Under the pieces are notes generated by a model. That model saw only the letters and a list, made by a program, of their open reading frames with translations, ran no database searches and was not told the DNA's origin. DNA of 64,000 bases from NCBI RefSeq assembly GCF_009914755.1, contig NC_060927.1; one strand, 5' to 3'. How positions within the stretch are numbered: the first letter of the stretch is position 1; every line of letters starts with the position of its first letter. Below, piece after piece: positions 44,803-59,895 of the stretch. A program made the position numbers and the translations under genes. This stretch comes from the human T2T-CHM13v2.0 reference genome, Homo sapiens.

Positions 44803-45979
44803 GTTAATATTAACAACTAATATTTTAAAGTTATTAACTTCAAAGAGAATTTGGTACCCAGTATTTTTCAAGAACCATGAGTCTAACTGTCATCAAGTCT
44901 AAGTGTCAATGATTTAGTCACTGTCATCACACCTTGATAAAATGTAAAAATTAAAATAAGACTGAGCTACTTTTAGCTGTAAGGGGTCATTTTGTAGGGC
45001 AAGAGTTAAATGTCAGAAACCAAAGAACAATTTGAGCTTCTGCTAATTGTCAGGTGGATTTATAAAAAGGATTTGCCTTTATAGCTGTCCTTGACAGATT
45101 TTACAACTACCACATATGCCTCAATATCAGGTATGTTTTGAAATATTACATAAATTTTTAGTTGCTCAAAACAGAACTCTGATAACTTCCTATGCTTTTT
45201 TTCTCCAAAACCTGCACAAGCGATCATTTCTCACTGACTTAATTGTAAAGTGCATTACCCAGCCAGAAATAAACACCTGCCCTCAATTTTGTCCCAAATC
45301 TTTAGAGTCTTTGCCAGTCTTGACATTTCCTTACACCTCTCAAATCTTCCAATAGAGGTTTTGGGGTCAGACGGATCCCAAATTCTTAACTCTACCCCAT
45401 ACTAGCCATTAGAAACTGGGCAAATTATTTAACACAGAAGGAGACAAACAGGAGCAGTAAAAACTACACGAAGTAATACAAATAAAGCACTTAATAAATA
45501 GGTAATGCCAGCAATGTGTAGCTATCAGTTATCGTAGCAGCAGGAATCTCGTTCCTGAAGCCCATGCCATACACAAAGCGTGGTACTTCATGTTTTCTTA
45601 ATGTATCCTGTAATCTCTCTGCAGTGTCTTTACCCATACCATTCCTCCCTCTGGCAGGCCTCTCTTACCTTTTGTTTTAGAAATCTAAATCTTTATGGTA
45701 CTGTCTACCCAAAGGCCACCGCTGTGGTCCTTTCTGAGTGGCTCCAAGTAGCCTCCTCAGTAAACAAACAAACTTCCTTTCACATGAAGTCTAACCACCC
45801 TTTAGAAACAAATGACAACATTTGTGATTGCATTGTCACTAATCATGTTTTATACTGCTAGTGAATAAATTATAATGAAAACAAAAGTTGTTTTGTTTTA
45901 TTTTTATATCATACTCTTTGAGAGCTAGAAATAGTACTATACCATCTCATAGTGCCATCTTTATCATCTCCGTGGTAGC

Positions 45980-46075
45980 TAAGTGTTATTAACTGCTTTC
46001 TATGTGCCAGACTGGGTGCTAAGTACTGACGTGTGTCACGTCATTTAATCCTTATCACTGACCTCCTAAAGTAAC
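45980..46075 (-). mobile_element. MIR fragment
   Basis: CTATGTGCCAGACTGGGTGCTAAGTAC...TCATTTAATCCTTA. Confidence 0.55.
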
Positions 46076-46390
46076 TGAAGAAAGCAAATTCTTGCCAAAG
46101 ATTTTACAGTCTGTATCTAATGTTCACTGTCTCTCAACCATAGCTGGTGCTCACTAACTGTTAAGTGAACACGTCAAATGCACATAGAGAACAACAATAA
46201 CAAAATCACCTATATTAGCGTCCTTCCTAAAAACTTCCTTTTGAATATACTAATTTCCTGTAGTTGATTATTGAGTCTCAGAATGGACGTTGCATAAAAA
46301 ACAAGCACAGAAAATGGTACATTCACCTAGAGTTGTGACAGAGATTAACAAGCAATGTATAATACTAATGTCTAATTTCCACTTCTTTTA

Positions 46391-46761
<371 letters not shown>

Positions 46762-48020
46762 TCATTAATCCTAGTCCATATATACTTCTCAGCGTAAATA
46801 CTCATAAATTGGATTATGAGGTGAATGAATGACTGAAATACCACATGAGCTCCTTAAATGTTTATCTGCAGTATAGGATTCAATGTGTATCTACAGGAAA
46901 GAGCACCTGTCTTTAGCATTGAACGTATGTGACTCATCTGAAAATACAAAGCTATTTTTCAGACATTGAAAAGATAAACCCACATCCAAAAAGAAAAATT
47001 TCTATATTTCTCCATGCCCTTGAAACTTTCTCTGATCTAATTAAAAATGTGTTGTCTGCATAAAAATTTGTGATTGAAATTGTTTGCTTCTTAACCATAT
47101 TATAACTTTAAATATTGCATGCTTTAAAAAAATCAATTTATTGAGATGTAATTTAAATGCAATAAAATGAACGCACTTAAGTGTACAGCTTAATGAGTTT
47201 TGACAAATGTGTATCCTTATTCAACCACCACGAATTAAGATGCTAGCTGTTTCCACCACCTTAAAAGTTCCTTCATTTCTCTTTGCAGTCATTTCCTCCC
47301 AGTTCTACCTCCAGGCAACCACTGCATTTCTTTCTGACCCTGTAGATCAATATTACCTCGTTTACAATTTCAGATAAATGAAACCATACAGTATGTACTC
47401 TTTTGTATCTGACTTATTGAGCCTACATTTGAGATTCATTCAAATTCAATTTTTTCATATGATATGAGCTATCATAAATTATTTTTTGGTTATCAAGGAC
47501 ATGGAGTAAAATATCAGTTGATGTTCATTTTTTCCATATGGATATTCAGTTATTCCAGTCATTTGTTAAAACGTTTTTCGCTTTCTACACTAAATTGACT
47601 AGGCACCTTTGTCAACATTTCAATTGATTATTAACCTGCCAGTCTGTTTTAAGATTCTGTATTCTGGTCCTTTGGTTTATTTGTCTATCCTCACAACTCT
47701 GTCTTAACTACTATAGCTTTAAACAAAGTTTTGAAATTAGAAAATCAAGTAAGAACTTTGCTCTTATTTCGAGCTTGACTTTTCTTTCAATTTTTTTTTT
47801 CTATTCTAGGTGTCTGGTATTTTCATATACATTTTAACATCAGCTTATCAATTTCTATTAAAAAGGAGAGATTTTGCTCATGATTGCATTGGAACTATAC
47901 ATCAGTAGGGGAAGAATTGGTATCTCAACAATATTAAGTCTTCTAAAACATGAACAGTGCATATTACCATATTTATTTAGCTCTTCATTAATTTTTTTAA
48001 TCTTGCAGTTTTTATTGTAG

Positions 48021-48414
<394 letters not shown>

Positions 48415-48559
48415 TAAAGTTATTTTCTAATTGTTACTAGATAAAATATTTAAATGCCATAGAATTTTATGTATATTGATCTTATATCTTGTAGCCTTAC
48501 TAAATTCAGTTATTATTTCTAATAGTTTAAAATGTTTTGTACATTTCTTCAGGTTTTCT

Positions 48560-48869
48560 TTTTCTTCTCCTTTTTTTTTGAGATGGAATCTCGCTCTGTC
48601 ACCCAGGTTGGAGTACAGTGGTACAGTGGTGCAATCTCAGCTCACTGCAACCTCCACCTCCTGGGTTAAAGCATTTCTCCTGCCTCAGCCTCCCGAGTAG
48701 CTGGGGCTACAGCCATGCACCACCACACTCGGCTAATTTTTGTATTTTTAGTAGAGACTGGGTTTCACCATGTTGGCCAGGCTGGTCTCAAACTCCTGAC
48801 CTCAAGTGGTCCACCTGCCTCGGCCTTCCAAAGTTCTGGGATTACAGGCATGAACCGCCGCACCCAGCC
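48560..48869 (-). mobile_element. AluS (Sx/Sz-like)
   Basis: perfect 16-bp TSD TTTCTTCAGGTTTTCT at 48544-48559 and 48870-48885. Confidence 0.93.
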
Positions 48870-50213
48870 TTTCTTCAGGTTTTCTATGCACGTAATCATG
48901 CTCTCCAGAAATAATGTCATTTTCATTTCTTCCTTTTCAATCTGTATACCTTTTTTTTCTTGTATTATTATGTAGACAAGGACTTTCAGCACAATGTTGA
49001 ACAGAAGTAAGGATAGCAGACAACCTTGAACTGTTCCCAATCTTAGGGGAAAAAGATTCAGTCTTTTACTACTGTATGTGATATTGTAGTTTTTTCATAA
49101 ATGTCAGATCACATTGAGAAAATCTCATTCTGTTCCTATTTTTTTGAGACTTCTCATCATTACTATGTGCTAATTTTTATCAAATGCTTTTTATGTATTT
49201 GAGATAATAATGGTTTTTGTCCTTTATTATAAAATATCCTGAAAACATAGTTGATTAACATCTAATGATAAAGCAAACTTTGAATTCTAGACTTAATATC
49301 ACTTGGTCATCATGTATTAGAGATTTTATGTGTTTTCAGGTATTATTTGCTAATTTTGGTAAATTCTTTGCATCTATATTCACAGTGGATATTACTTTTC
49401 TTTCTTTGGATTGTCTTTGACTTGGTTTGTATCTTAGTAATCCTTCCTTATTGAATTAAGAAGGAATTGTTCTCTTCTCATGTATTTTTGAAAATAGTTT
49501 ATTTAAGATTTTTATCTCAAATGTTTTAAATAATTCTTCAGTAAAGCGCCTTGGTATGAATTTTTCCTCTGTTGGAAGGCTAGCAACAAATTTATTTTGT
49601 TTAATAGATATAGGATTACTGTATTAATTTTTATTTTTCTTGTATCAGTGTTAGTTTTATTTTTGTTGTATCAGTGTTAGGAAAAAAGTACCTTTCATGA
49701 AATTTGTCCATTTCATTTGTTTTTGTAGTTATTGGTAAAAATTGTTCTTAAATATTTTTCTCACTATTGCATACTATTTTTCTCTTTTAGTGTCTGTAGG
49801 ATGTGTATGGAAGGCTCCCTTTTATTACTAATATGGATAGTTTTTAATCACTTCCATTCCATTAATGTATGTCTATTCTTATGCCAGTATCACATTGTCT
49901 TGATTATTGTAGCTTTATAGTAAATACTGAAGTTTAAAGGAGTGTCCGTTCTCCAAATTTTTTCTTCAGTTTTCTGTTGGCTATGCTATTTTTTGACTTT
50001 TCTTATCAAGTTTAGAATCAGTTTGGTAATATTCACAAAATAACTGGCTGGGATTTTGATTGGTATTTCATTGACTCTATTAGACCAAGTAGGAAAGAAT
50101 TGACATCATAGCAATATTGAGTCTTTCTACTCATTAACGTGAAAGTAAACTATGTTCTTCTTTTTCAGTAATTTGTATTTCCATATTCACATTAAAATTA
50201 TAAATCCATAAAA

Positions 50214-50279
50214 TTCTTTCCTTCCTTCCTTCCCTTTCCTTCCTTCCTTCCCTCCCTCCCTTCCTTCCTTCCTTCCTTC
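50214..50279. repeat. (CCTT)n/(CCCT)n microsatellite
   Basis: seen directly. Confidence 0.9.
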
Positions 50280-51102
50280 ATTCTTTACTCTCTTTGCATT
50301 TTAATTTGGCTAGTTTCTCTTGTCCTGTCTTCAAACTCACTGATTCTTTCCTCAGCTGTGGCCAGTCTACTGATAAACCCATAAAAGCCGTTCCTCGTTT
50401 CTGAAACAGTGTTTTTCTTTTCTAGCATTACTTTTCTATCTTTCTTAGAGATTCCATCTATACCCTTACAATATCCACGTGTGTCTTAAACATTTTCATT
50501 CAGATATAATTAACAGAAAGTAAAATTCACTAACTTGGTCATTTCAAACTGTATAATTTGGAAAATTTTAGTTTTGTCCTTTAAGAGTATCCAATACCAG
50601 AATATTTTCATCAAAAAGAAAAAAAATGCATACCTCTCAATTCCCTCCTTCTGCCATCCCCCGGCAACTAAACATTTACTTTTTGTCTTTATGGGTTTAT
50701 CTATTCTGGACATGTTTTATAAATGGAATTGCACAATGTTTGACCAGTGTTTAGCTTTATTCATTTGGCACTATGCGTTCAAGATTTATCCATGTTGTAC
50801 TATTTATCAGTACTTCATCTATTTTTGTGTCTAAGTAATATTCTGTTGTCTAGATATGCTCTAATTTACTTACCCATTCATGAGTTCCCATAAGTTTTGG
50901 TAAATTGTGTTTCCATTCTTGTAAATTCATTGGTAATTTTTGTCATTTTCCTTCTGATTTCTTTGACTCAGTGGTTATTCAGGAGTGTGTTAATTTCCAT
51001 GTATTTGTGAATTTTTACAACTTTTTCCTGTTATTAATTTGTAATCTCATTCAATTGTGGGTAGAGAACATACTCTGAGTGACTTCAACCTTTTCAAAAA
51101 CA

Positions 51103-51400
51103 TTTTTTTTTTTCCTTGGAGACAGGATCTCACCCTGACACCCAGGCTGGAGTGCAGTGGCACAATCACAGTTTACTGCAGCCTCAACTTTCTGGACTCA
51201 GGTGATCTTCTCACCCCAGCTTCCTGGGCAGCTGAGACTGCAGGCACATGCATTCATATCCAGCTAATCTTTTGTATTTCTTGTAGAGAATAAGTTTTGC
51301 CATGTGGCCTAGGCTGGTCTCAAAATCCTAGGTTCAAGTGATCTGACAGCCTTGGCCTTCCAAGTGCTGGAATTATAAGTGTGAACCACCACACCTGGCT
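51103..51400 (-). mobile_element. AluJ
   Basis: CACAATCACAGTTTACTGCAGCCTCAAC...CCTAGGTTCAAGTGATC. Confidence 0.88.
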
Positions 51401-52485
51401 TGTATGACTTCAGTCTTTGAAAATGCATCAAGACTTGTTTTGTGGCCTAACCTATGGTCTATTATGAATAATTTTCATGCCTATTTGAGAAAGATATATA
51501 TTTACTCTTGTTGAGTGGAGTGCTATATAAATGTCCGCTAAGTCTACTTGGTTTATAGTGTTGTTCAAGCCCTTTATTTCTTTATTATCTTTTGTTTTGG
51601 TGTTCTGTCCTTTATTAAAAGTGGGATACTGAAATCCTCAACCATTATTATTTAACTATTTCTATTATTTATTTCTTCCTTCAGTTCTATCAGTTTTTTG
51701 TTCCCTTAACTGTAGAGCTCTGCTTTTAGGTGCATATGTGTTTAGAATTGTTATCTCTTCTTGAGAGAATGATTCTTTTATAATTATATTATGTCAGACT
51801 TTGCCTGTAGTAATAATTTGTGTTTTAAGGGCTAATAGCCACTTCAACCTTTTTTTTGGTTTACTATTTGCATGGAAAATCTTTTCCCATCCATGTACTT
51901 TCAGCATATTTGTGGTTTTAATCTAAAGTGAGTCTTTCTAGACAGCATATATTTGGATCATGATTTTATATCCATTCTTCTAATCTCTGCTTTTCATTGT
52001 GAGTTTAATCTATTTAATTTAATATATAATAATTACTGATAAAAAAAGGGCTTACTTTTTCTGTCTTGCCATTTGTTCTCCATTTGTCATATTTCTTCAC
52101 AATTCTTTTGCTACTGTCTTCTTTTGTGTTAGTTACTTTGTAGTATAGCATTTTAATTCTACTATTGTTTCTTTTACCTTATTATTTTGAGTTATTCTCT
52201 TAATGGTTGCCCTAGGGAATGATGATTGACATCTTAATTTATAAAAATCTAGTTTGAATTAATACCAACTTAATTTCAATAGCATGGAAAAACTTTGTTC
52301 ATATATAACTCTGTTCCCTACCCCTTTTGTGATGTTATTATTAATAAATTTCATCTATATGCATTGTTTGCCCATCAACATATATTTGTAATTATTTATT
52401 TATGCAGTTGGATTCTAAGTCATATAGGAGAAAAGATGAGACCAAAATACATTGATATCTTCTTTTATATACACTTGTATGGTTA

Positions 52486-52805
52486 CAGTCATATGCCACT
52501 TAACAACGGGTATACATTCTAAGAAATACATTGGTAGGTGATTTTGTCGTTGTGTGAACATCATAAAGTGTATTTACACAAACCTAGATAGTATATATAT
52601 TTTTATTTGTATATATTTTTTCATATGGAAAACCAAATATCCCACACTATCACTGAATATCAATTATTCTTCCTACTTGATCTGCCATGGCAATATTAAG
52701 TGCCATATGTCAAATGTCTACATATGTTTCAATATCATCTTAAGCAACCACCATCTTATATGTGGGCTGTCATTGACTGAAACATTGTTATGCAGCATAT
52801 GACTG
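52486..52805 (-). mobile_element. Tigger3d-like MITE, full length
   Basis: TIRs CAGTCATATGC...GCATATGACTG with TA duplications; 320 bp. Confidence 0.82.
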
Positions 52806-54544
52806 TATATACTTGATCTCTATTGTTTTGGATGAGATATTAGTTGTTAATCTTACCAAGGATCTCTTTTAGGAGCTGAGTTGCTTCTCTCTTGCTGTTT
52901 GCAGAATTCTCTCTTTGTCCTTGATTTTTGACAATTGACTATAATGTGTCTCAGTGTGCATCTCTGAGTTTATCTTACTTGGGATTCATTGAAATTGTTG
53001 GAAGTGTAGATTAATATTTTCATCAAATTTGGGAACGTTGGGTCATTATTTCTCCAAATATTCTTTCTGTCCCTTTTTCTCCTCTCCCTCTGGTGCTCTT
53101 ATTACATGTATATTGCTTCACTTGATGGTGTCTCAATTCTTTTGGCTTATGTTTCTCAGACCTGAAAATTCCAACCAACCTATCTTCAAGTTTGCTGATT
53201 TTTTCTTCTGTCATCTCAAATATGCTGTTAAGCATTTCTTTAAATTTTTTCATTTCAGTTGTACTCCTCACATGTAGAGTTGCTATTTGGTTCCCTCTTT
53301 GTAATTTCTATCTTCTTGTTGATATTCTCTACCTGGTAAAGTATAATTCTTATGCTTTCAGTTCTTTTGATGAGGTTACCTTAGCCTTGGAAATATTTAA
53401 ATTGGCTGACTTAAGTGCTCTGTCTTTTTAGGACAATGTCTGGATTTTCTCAAAAACAGGCTTTATTGACTGCTTTTTTCCTGTGTATAGAACATCCTTT
53501 CTTAGTTTTTTGCATGCCTCTTAATTTTTCGTTGAACACTGAATATTTTTAATACCATGATGTGGCATCTCTGGAAATTATATTAATCTCCCTTAGGATT
53601 TGTTGTGGTTGTCTGTTTAGTAACTTTTTTGAATAATTTTTAAAATCTGTGTTTTTTTGCTGTTTGTGGCAATTGAGATCTCTTATCTGTCAGCTAGTGA
53701 CTAGACAAATATTTTTTTAAGTTGCTTAAACAAAAAATTTCCTAGTCTTGGCAGACGGGCTCCATGTGTATAAGGGTATATTTTGAGCACCTCAGCCAGG
53801 TATTTTCCAAACCTACCTTGGCTTTCAGTTTCTGCTTGTGCAGATCCTGAAAGTGTGCTAGACATAAGACCTCCCTTAGGGACTTCTCATATCTTCTCTG
53901 AGCATGCACCCAGTTCTGAACATGAATTTAGCCTTCTATATTCCCAATAATATCTCTGAAGTTTACCTAGCCCTTATTCTCCAAAGCATCTCGTTTCTGA
54001 GCTTTTCCTCCCAGGCTATTTAGATAGTATATTTTTTGCTTCCCACCCTCCCCCCATTATCCCCTGCCTTAGCAAAGACTAAAAAGCTTTTCTGTACATG
54101 TTTTCCACAAATACCCTCTGGATGACTTTGGTACTGGGCCAATTCTGAGTTAGGCAAGGCTTTTGTGCCAGTGTTCTGTAGTCACCAGAAAGATCAGCTA
54201 AAGAACAAATCTTTGCAAGTGAAGTCAGCTATGCTTTCATGGAAACTGGAACCTAGAATGCAAGCTGTTATTTCAAGGCTGCTGAGCTAAGGAGTGAAGT
54301 AGAGTGAGGAAATGCAGGGGTTGAGAGAAGAGGTTAAGTAAGACTATCACAAAGCTCACTGTTCTCACTGAGATTCTGTGAGTTGAATAAACTCTCCCTG
54401 AATTGCTGGAAGCTTTTGGTTCATTTCCAGAGTTCTGAAACAGTTGATTCTCACAGTCTTTGCCCATTTTTTGGTTGCTTTTATGGCTTTTATGTAGGGG
54501 CAAATTTTGGGGACTTCTTTCTCCATTTTTTTCTGAGACAATCT

Positions 54545-55690
54545 TGTAGTCCTACTTGTCTGTTTTTGCATGTTGTTCATTTTTTTCATTAGAACCTTTC
54601 ACATATTAATCATCATAATTTTAAATTTCTTGTCAGAGAGTTTTAACAGCTGTATTACATCAGTGTCTAGTTCTGTTGTTCGTTTTGTCTCTTCATATTG
54701 TGTTTTTCTTGCCTTTAAGCATGCCTATAATTTTTTTTGAAAGCTGGATATGTTCTATCATCTAATATGAACTAAAGGAGACATGCTTTTAATGTGAGGA
54801 TATATGTCAATCTGGCTAGGAATTGTGTTTGATATTTGCTGTAGCTATAGGTACCAGAGGGTTCAAATCCCCCTTTTATTTTCTTTGTCTTTTTTTTGCC
54901 TTCTTTGTTGACTTTGGTTTTCCGTTAATTCTCTTCCTCAAATACTGTGTTTTGTCACTTTTTCAGCTGTAAGCCACTGCTATTGCATGGAGCTCTATTA
55001 GTGTGGTGGTGAGGTATAGGAGAGGGGAAGCATTGTATAATCTTATGATTAAAGCCCAGTCTTTTACTGGGCCTGTGTTTCTGGGCCGGGCTTTGCCTTT
55101 CACAAGTGTTTTTCTAGTGGTTAGTTTTTCGCTATGCTAATTGGAGATGGGAAGACAGGAAGGGTCCAGAGTAGGAGGAATGACCTTCCCTTAACTGGGA
55201 GAAGGCTCTGGTAAGGACTTTACTCTTGAAGAATACACCTTTGTTATGGAGGATGTTCTGAGAACATGTCACAATGATTACTCTTTTCTTCACCTTTCTA
55301 GAGTTATAAGAAGATCTTTCTCTGATCTTTCCCAAGAGAATCCAGGGAGGTTTTAGGAGGTAAAGTCCGCTAAAGTGTCAGGTATAAGAATGAGACCACA
55401 GGAGCTTTTCCCTTTCATGCTAGTCCACGCTCAGCCTCCAGCAATTCTTTAAAATTACCATTAAAGTGCTTCTACCAGTTTATATCGTCTGCTGCAAGTA
55501 AAGTAGATCTTTGCTTTGTTTCCCTTTATTTTCCTTTTTCTCCAGATTTAGGAGTGATAGTTTATCCTGAAAATTCAGTTCACCAATGGGTCCAAAGAAA
55601 GTCATTGACTTTCAGTTTGTTTACCTTTTTTTATTATTATTATAAGGGCAGATTCCAAGTTCTTTTCATGTCAGAACTGAAAACAGGTAT
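54545..55690 (-). mobile_element. second ancient L1M 5' end (ORF1 start and 5'UTR)
   Basis: CACATATTAATCATCATAATTTTAAATT...TTTCATGTCAGAACTGAAAACAGG. Confidence 0.6.
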
Positions 55691-55699
55691 CTGTGCATT

Positions 55700-57060
55700 T
55701 ATTATTCAGTTTTCATTTTGTCTGTGCCTCTGTTTGGATAATTTCTGTCGTTTTAACTTCAAGCCCACTGAGCTTTCCTTCTTCAGTATCTCAGAGGATG
55801 TTAATTTAAAAACACAATATTGTGTATCGCTCTAGAATTTCTATTTGCTTCTTTTTTATATATTTCATTTATCTCCTCATAATATTAATGTTTTTGTCTA
55901 AATCCTTAAGCGTATGTCCTTCTCTGTTATATCCCTCATTTCTGTCTTTTCTTTGCTTTTTTATTTTTTAAACTGACTGATTTTCCTCAAGATTGTAGGA
56001 TACAACAGGGGTCCCCAACCGCTGTGCAGCAGACCAGCACCTGTCTGTGGCCTGTCAGTAATCAGGTAGCAGGAGGTGAGTAGCAGGTGTGTGAGCATTA
56101 CCGCGTGAGTTCCACCTCCAGTCAGATCAGCCACGGCATTAGACTCTCATAGGAGTGCAAACCCTGCTGTGAACTGTGCATACAAGGGATCTACGTTGCA
56201 CATTCCTTATAAGAATCTAATGCCAGATGATCTGAGATGTAATAATTTCACCCCCAAACCACCACCACTTACCATTCATGGAAAAATTGTCTTCCAGGAA
56301 ACTGGTCCCTGGTGCGAAAAAAGTTGGGGACATTGGGTTACAATATTGTGTGCTGCTCTTTTTCGTATCCATTGAAGAAGTTTCTTTGGTGAGGCAGTTA
56401 AGTTATTTGTTGATTATCTGTTTTATTCCTTTTATTTCTTAAGATCCTTCTTTTTAAGCTTTGGTAGAACAGGTTTAGAATAACCTTTATGCTAAGGCTA
56501 GTTAAGTCTGAATATTAATGGGTGACTCTCTGCTGTCTCTGCTGACTGCCTCAATGCTCAACAAAATCTAGTTGCTCTGTGTGAGTTGGGAGATTCTGCT
56601 TATAGATCTCCTGCTATTTTTTTTGTTTTATTTTGTTCTGCCTCACCTGATGAAATATTTCCGTTGAAAGTAATGATTAGTATTTAGCTGAAGGCTAAGC
56701 AAACCTATGCAAGTTATTGGAGCCCTTTTTCTCTATAACTCCTTCCCAACCAATGCTCTGTCCCACAGATCACAACTGATTTAGCTTCCCCAAACTCCAA
56801 CTAGTGTCTCCTCAACTTGGCAATATCTCCATTTACTGCTTGAGTTCTTAACCACGGCATGATCCTGATATTGGCTCCAGGTGGAAGCTGTGGCAATGGT
56901 AAGATGTCTCATTTCTTACTTTTCTCTCAGCAATCACAGTTCTGCACTGCTTCTTCTCCAAATATGTGAAAGCAACTATTCTCCCTATATTTGGTCAAGT
57001 TTTCTAATTATTTATGGTAGGAGGGCAAGTTTCATACTAGTAACTCTTTCATAAAAAGAA
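55700..57060 (-). mobile_element. third ancient L1M/HAL1-type 5' region, interrupted by MER1B
   Basis: degenerate T-rich ORF1-like sequence ending ...TATTTGGTCAAGTTTTCTAATTATTTATGGTAGGAGGGCAAGT. Confidence 0.5.
56006..56335 (+). mobile_element. MER1B (hAT-Charlie)
   Basis: CAGGGGTCCCCAACC...GTTGGGGACATTG; 8-bp TSD GGATACAA/GGTTACAA. Confidence 0.9.
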
Positions 57061-57399
57061 AAAGTTCTTAATTATATTTCATGTCACTGAATTTCCATGA
57101 TATAAACCACCATAAGTTAATGGGACATTCAATTATGTATGTAACCACAAAATAATCTTAATTTTATGAAGATTTATTTTTTAAGTTCTAAAGAACTTTA
57201 GTTTTCTTATTTGTAGCTAATTCTCTTCTTAAAAATTTTTTAATTTTCTGTTTTGCATTCTGTGCACATCCACATATTGATACTGTTTTTCAGTTATTCA
57301 ATTACTTGACAATTGATAGATGTTTCCTGAGTTTCTCAGTACACATTCAAAATTCACAAAAATAGATAAAAATTAACTAGAATAAATAATAAAATTAAC

Positions 57400-57535
57400 T
57401 AATATTTATCCAGCCCTAATTATATGCCAGTCACTGAGCTAGATATTTACATAGTTTATTGCATTGAAACCCTACACAGTCTTTAAGGGTAATTACTATT
57501 ATTTTACTGACATTACAATTGAGAAGATAGATAAA
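57400..57535 (-). mobile_element. MIR fragment
   Basis: TATATGCCAGTCACTGAGCTAGATATTTACAT...ATTATTTTAC. Confidence 0.5.
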
Positions 57536-58809
57536 GTAGCAACTATTTTTACATGCATTTTATACACAAAAAAGTAAATGCTTAGAAAAATTACATGCTC
57601 ACTAGGTCATGAACTTAGGTTCACTTCAGAAAAGTACAAATAGATATTAGTTTTTCTTTAGAAAAAAATGTGAATTTATTAGGTATGATTTAGTAGTTTT
57701 CTGAAAAAGTAATTTTAAAACCTAAAGCTAGAGGCCTTTTGGGAGAGTGTGAAGAACATTTCTCTGTTAAAATTATTTTCAGTATCCGTTAGACATTCAA
57801 AGTCTTAGAAACATCATGCAGTTCATCTCAGTCTTTTATTTTCCTTTTATAGTTATTGGTATCATTATTTGCAAATATATTCCCAATTTCTAATTCCTTC
57901 ATATATAAATATTTATTTATAGTTAAGCTGACCACCATTTGCATTTCTTCAAAGATCTCCTTATCATGCAATCTGTTCTGTTTTACTCTAGACATAGATT
58001 TATTTATATTCCAGCACCTCCCAATGCACTTTGCACATACTCTAATAGTATTCATGATGAGTTTGTTGAATAAATGGGTAAATGCAATAAGTAAGTAACA
58101 AAAGCCTGAAGTCTCATGTCCAAGTTCCCTATGTCAATTACTTACTCTTTTTGATCATCACAGAATTCACCATCTCTAAATCACATAGAGTATGAACACA
58201 TTATTATTCTTCCATAGACAGCCCAAATTCTAACATTTTATTCATTATTTCCTCCCTTCACCTCTTTAGCTTGACCCCTTTCAATTACAGATGTGCACAA
58301 CAGACACACATACACACACACTCGCACTCTTTCACTCATGGAAAACTCCTTGAAGACAGGAACCACAACTTTTCCTCCTTCCGACAGTTTACACCTCAGG
58401 TGCAATGAGTGGAATCAATGTGTTCATCAAAGACTTCCCACTCTCAAGGAAAGTTCTATGTAGTATGATTTTTTGGTTGCTTAGCAGAGCAACATACATC
58501 ACCAAATTGGTTCATATTTAAGGGTTTTTGCTGCATGTGACAGTTTATTATACACTCATTTTATTTTAGAAAACAAATAATGAGACACAATCCTCATTTC
58601 TAGAACTACATTGGTATATAAAAAGATCTCAAAAAGTTTAACCCAGGAATAACAATAGAATAGAGAATATCTAAAATAACATTCCTTTAATACATAGTAA
58701 AGTGACTGAAATTAATTGATATTAGAACAATTCATAGGTTATTGTGTTAATACCGCATATATGGTTGGAGGGGAGAGGGAAGTATGATATTGGAAATGTG
58801 TAAGAAGGG

Positions 58810-58925
58810 TTAACATAAGATTAAGGGCATGGATTTGGGTACCGGCTCTGGGTTTAAATGTTAGCTGTGCATATGTGAGCCATAGGATCTTGCGGAAGTT
58901 ATATATAAATTCTCTGATCTTCAAT
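58810..58925 (+). mobile_element. MIR fragment
   Basis: TTAAGGGCATGGATTTGG...CTGGGTTTAAAT...AATTCTCTGATCTTCA. Confidence 0.45.
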
Positions 58926-59316
58926 ACCTATTTTATGTCACTGTTTTGATGATTTAGTAAAAAAAAAACTCTCCAAAATATTAATTTTCCATGTATACTT
59001 TCACAATTGTTTCCATATTTGTATATTTCCTGTTATTTACTTAATATTTCTATGTGTACCTACATGTTGGCCTTTGCATTTAAAAGGAAAATATAAATAG
59101 AAGCTGTACTTCTTCTAATTCATATGAAAACGAATGCATAAATACCAATATGAGAAATGTGTGTGTCTCTTCAGTGATACACATACCAGGACTACTGTCC
59201 TTGAGTTAACCATGTGATAATTCTAAATTGAAATGACTTAGAATGGAATGTAGTATAATATATAACTGCTGCCCAGTAAATTATGACGGTAATTATTATT
59301 CACAATTCAAAAAGTA

Positions 59317-59405
59317 CAGTCAGGCACTGCAAAATGATGTTTCAGTCAATGATGGACTGCATATACAATAATGGTTCCATAAGATTATAATACATGTTTT
59401 TACTG
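59317..59405 (+). mobile_element. Tigger3 5' fragment
   Basis: TA|CAGTCAGGC...TTTCAGTCAATGATGGACTGCATATAC...CCATAAGATTATAATAC. Confidence 0.8.
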
Positions 59406-59553
59406 AGTGCTCAAAACTCAACAAAGGTTTTTAACTGCCCTGTAAAATGAAGATCATACTTCCAGGCCTGTCATTCAAGAGCCTGGAAGATAATGTTTCA
59501 AACTATGCTTCCAGTCTTATATCCTAATACTTGCTTTCATTCAAATTCAACTA

Positions 59554-59895
59554 CAGTCATGTGTCACATAAGATTTTGATCAACAACTGACTGCATATAT
59601 ATGACAGTAGTCATGAGATTGTGAGACTATACTTTTACTGTAACTTTACTATGTTTAGAAACACAAATACTAATCTTTGTGTTATGATTCAGTATTCAAT
59701 AAAGTATTCAGTACAGTCACATACTGTACAGATTTGTAGCCTAAAAGCAGTAAGCTATACCATATAGCCTAGGTGTGTAGTAGGCTATCTCATCTAGGTT
59801 TGTGTGAATATATGCTGTGATGTTTGCACAATGACAGATTTGCCTAACAATGCATTAATCAGAACATTTCCCCATTGTTAAGTGATGCATAACTG
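59554..59895 (+). mobile_element. Tigger3a, full length
   Basis: TA|CAGTCATG...ATAGCCTAGGTGTGTAGTAGGCTAT...GCATAACTG|TA. Confidence 0.87.

Noticed and set aside
52605-52740. L1-like sequence inside a Tigger3 element as a new capture event
   Set aside because: It matches my recollection of the Tigger3d consensus interior, so it is a family trait rather than a local novelty.
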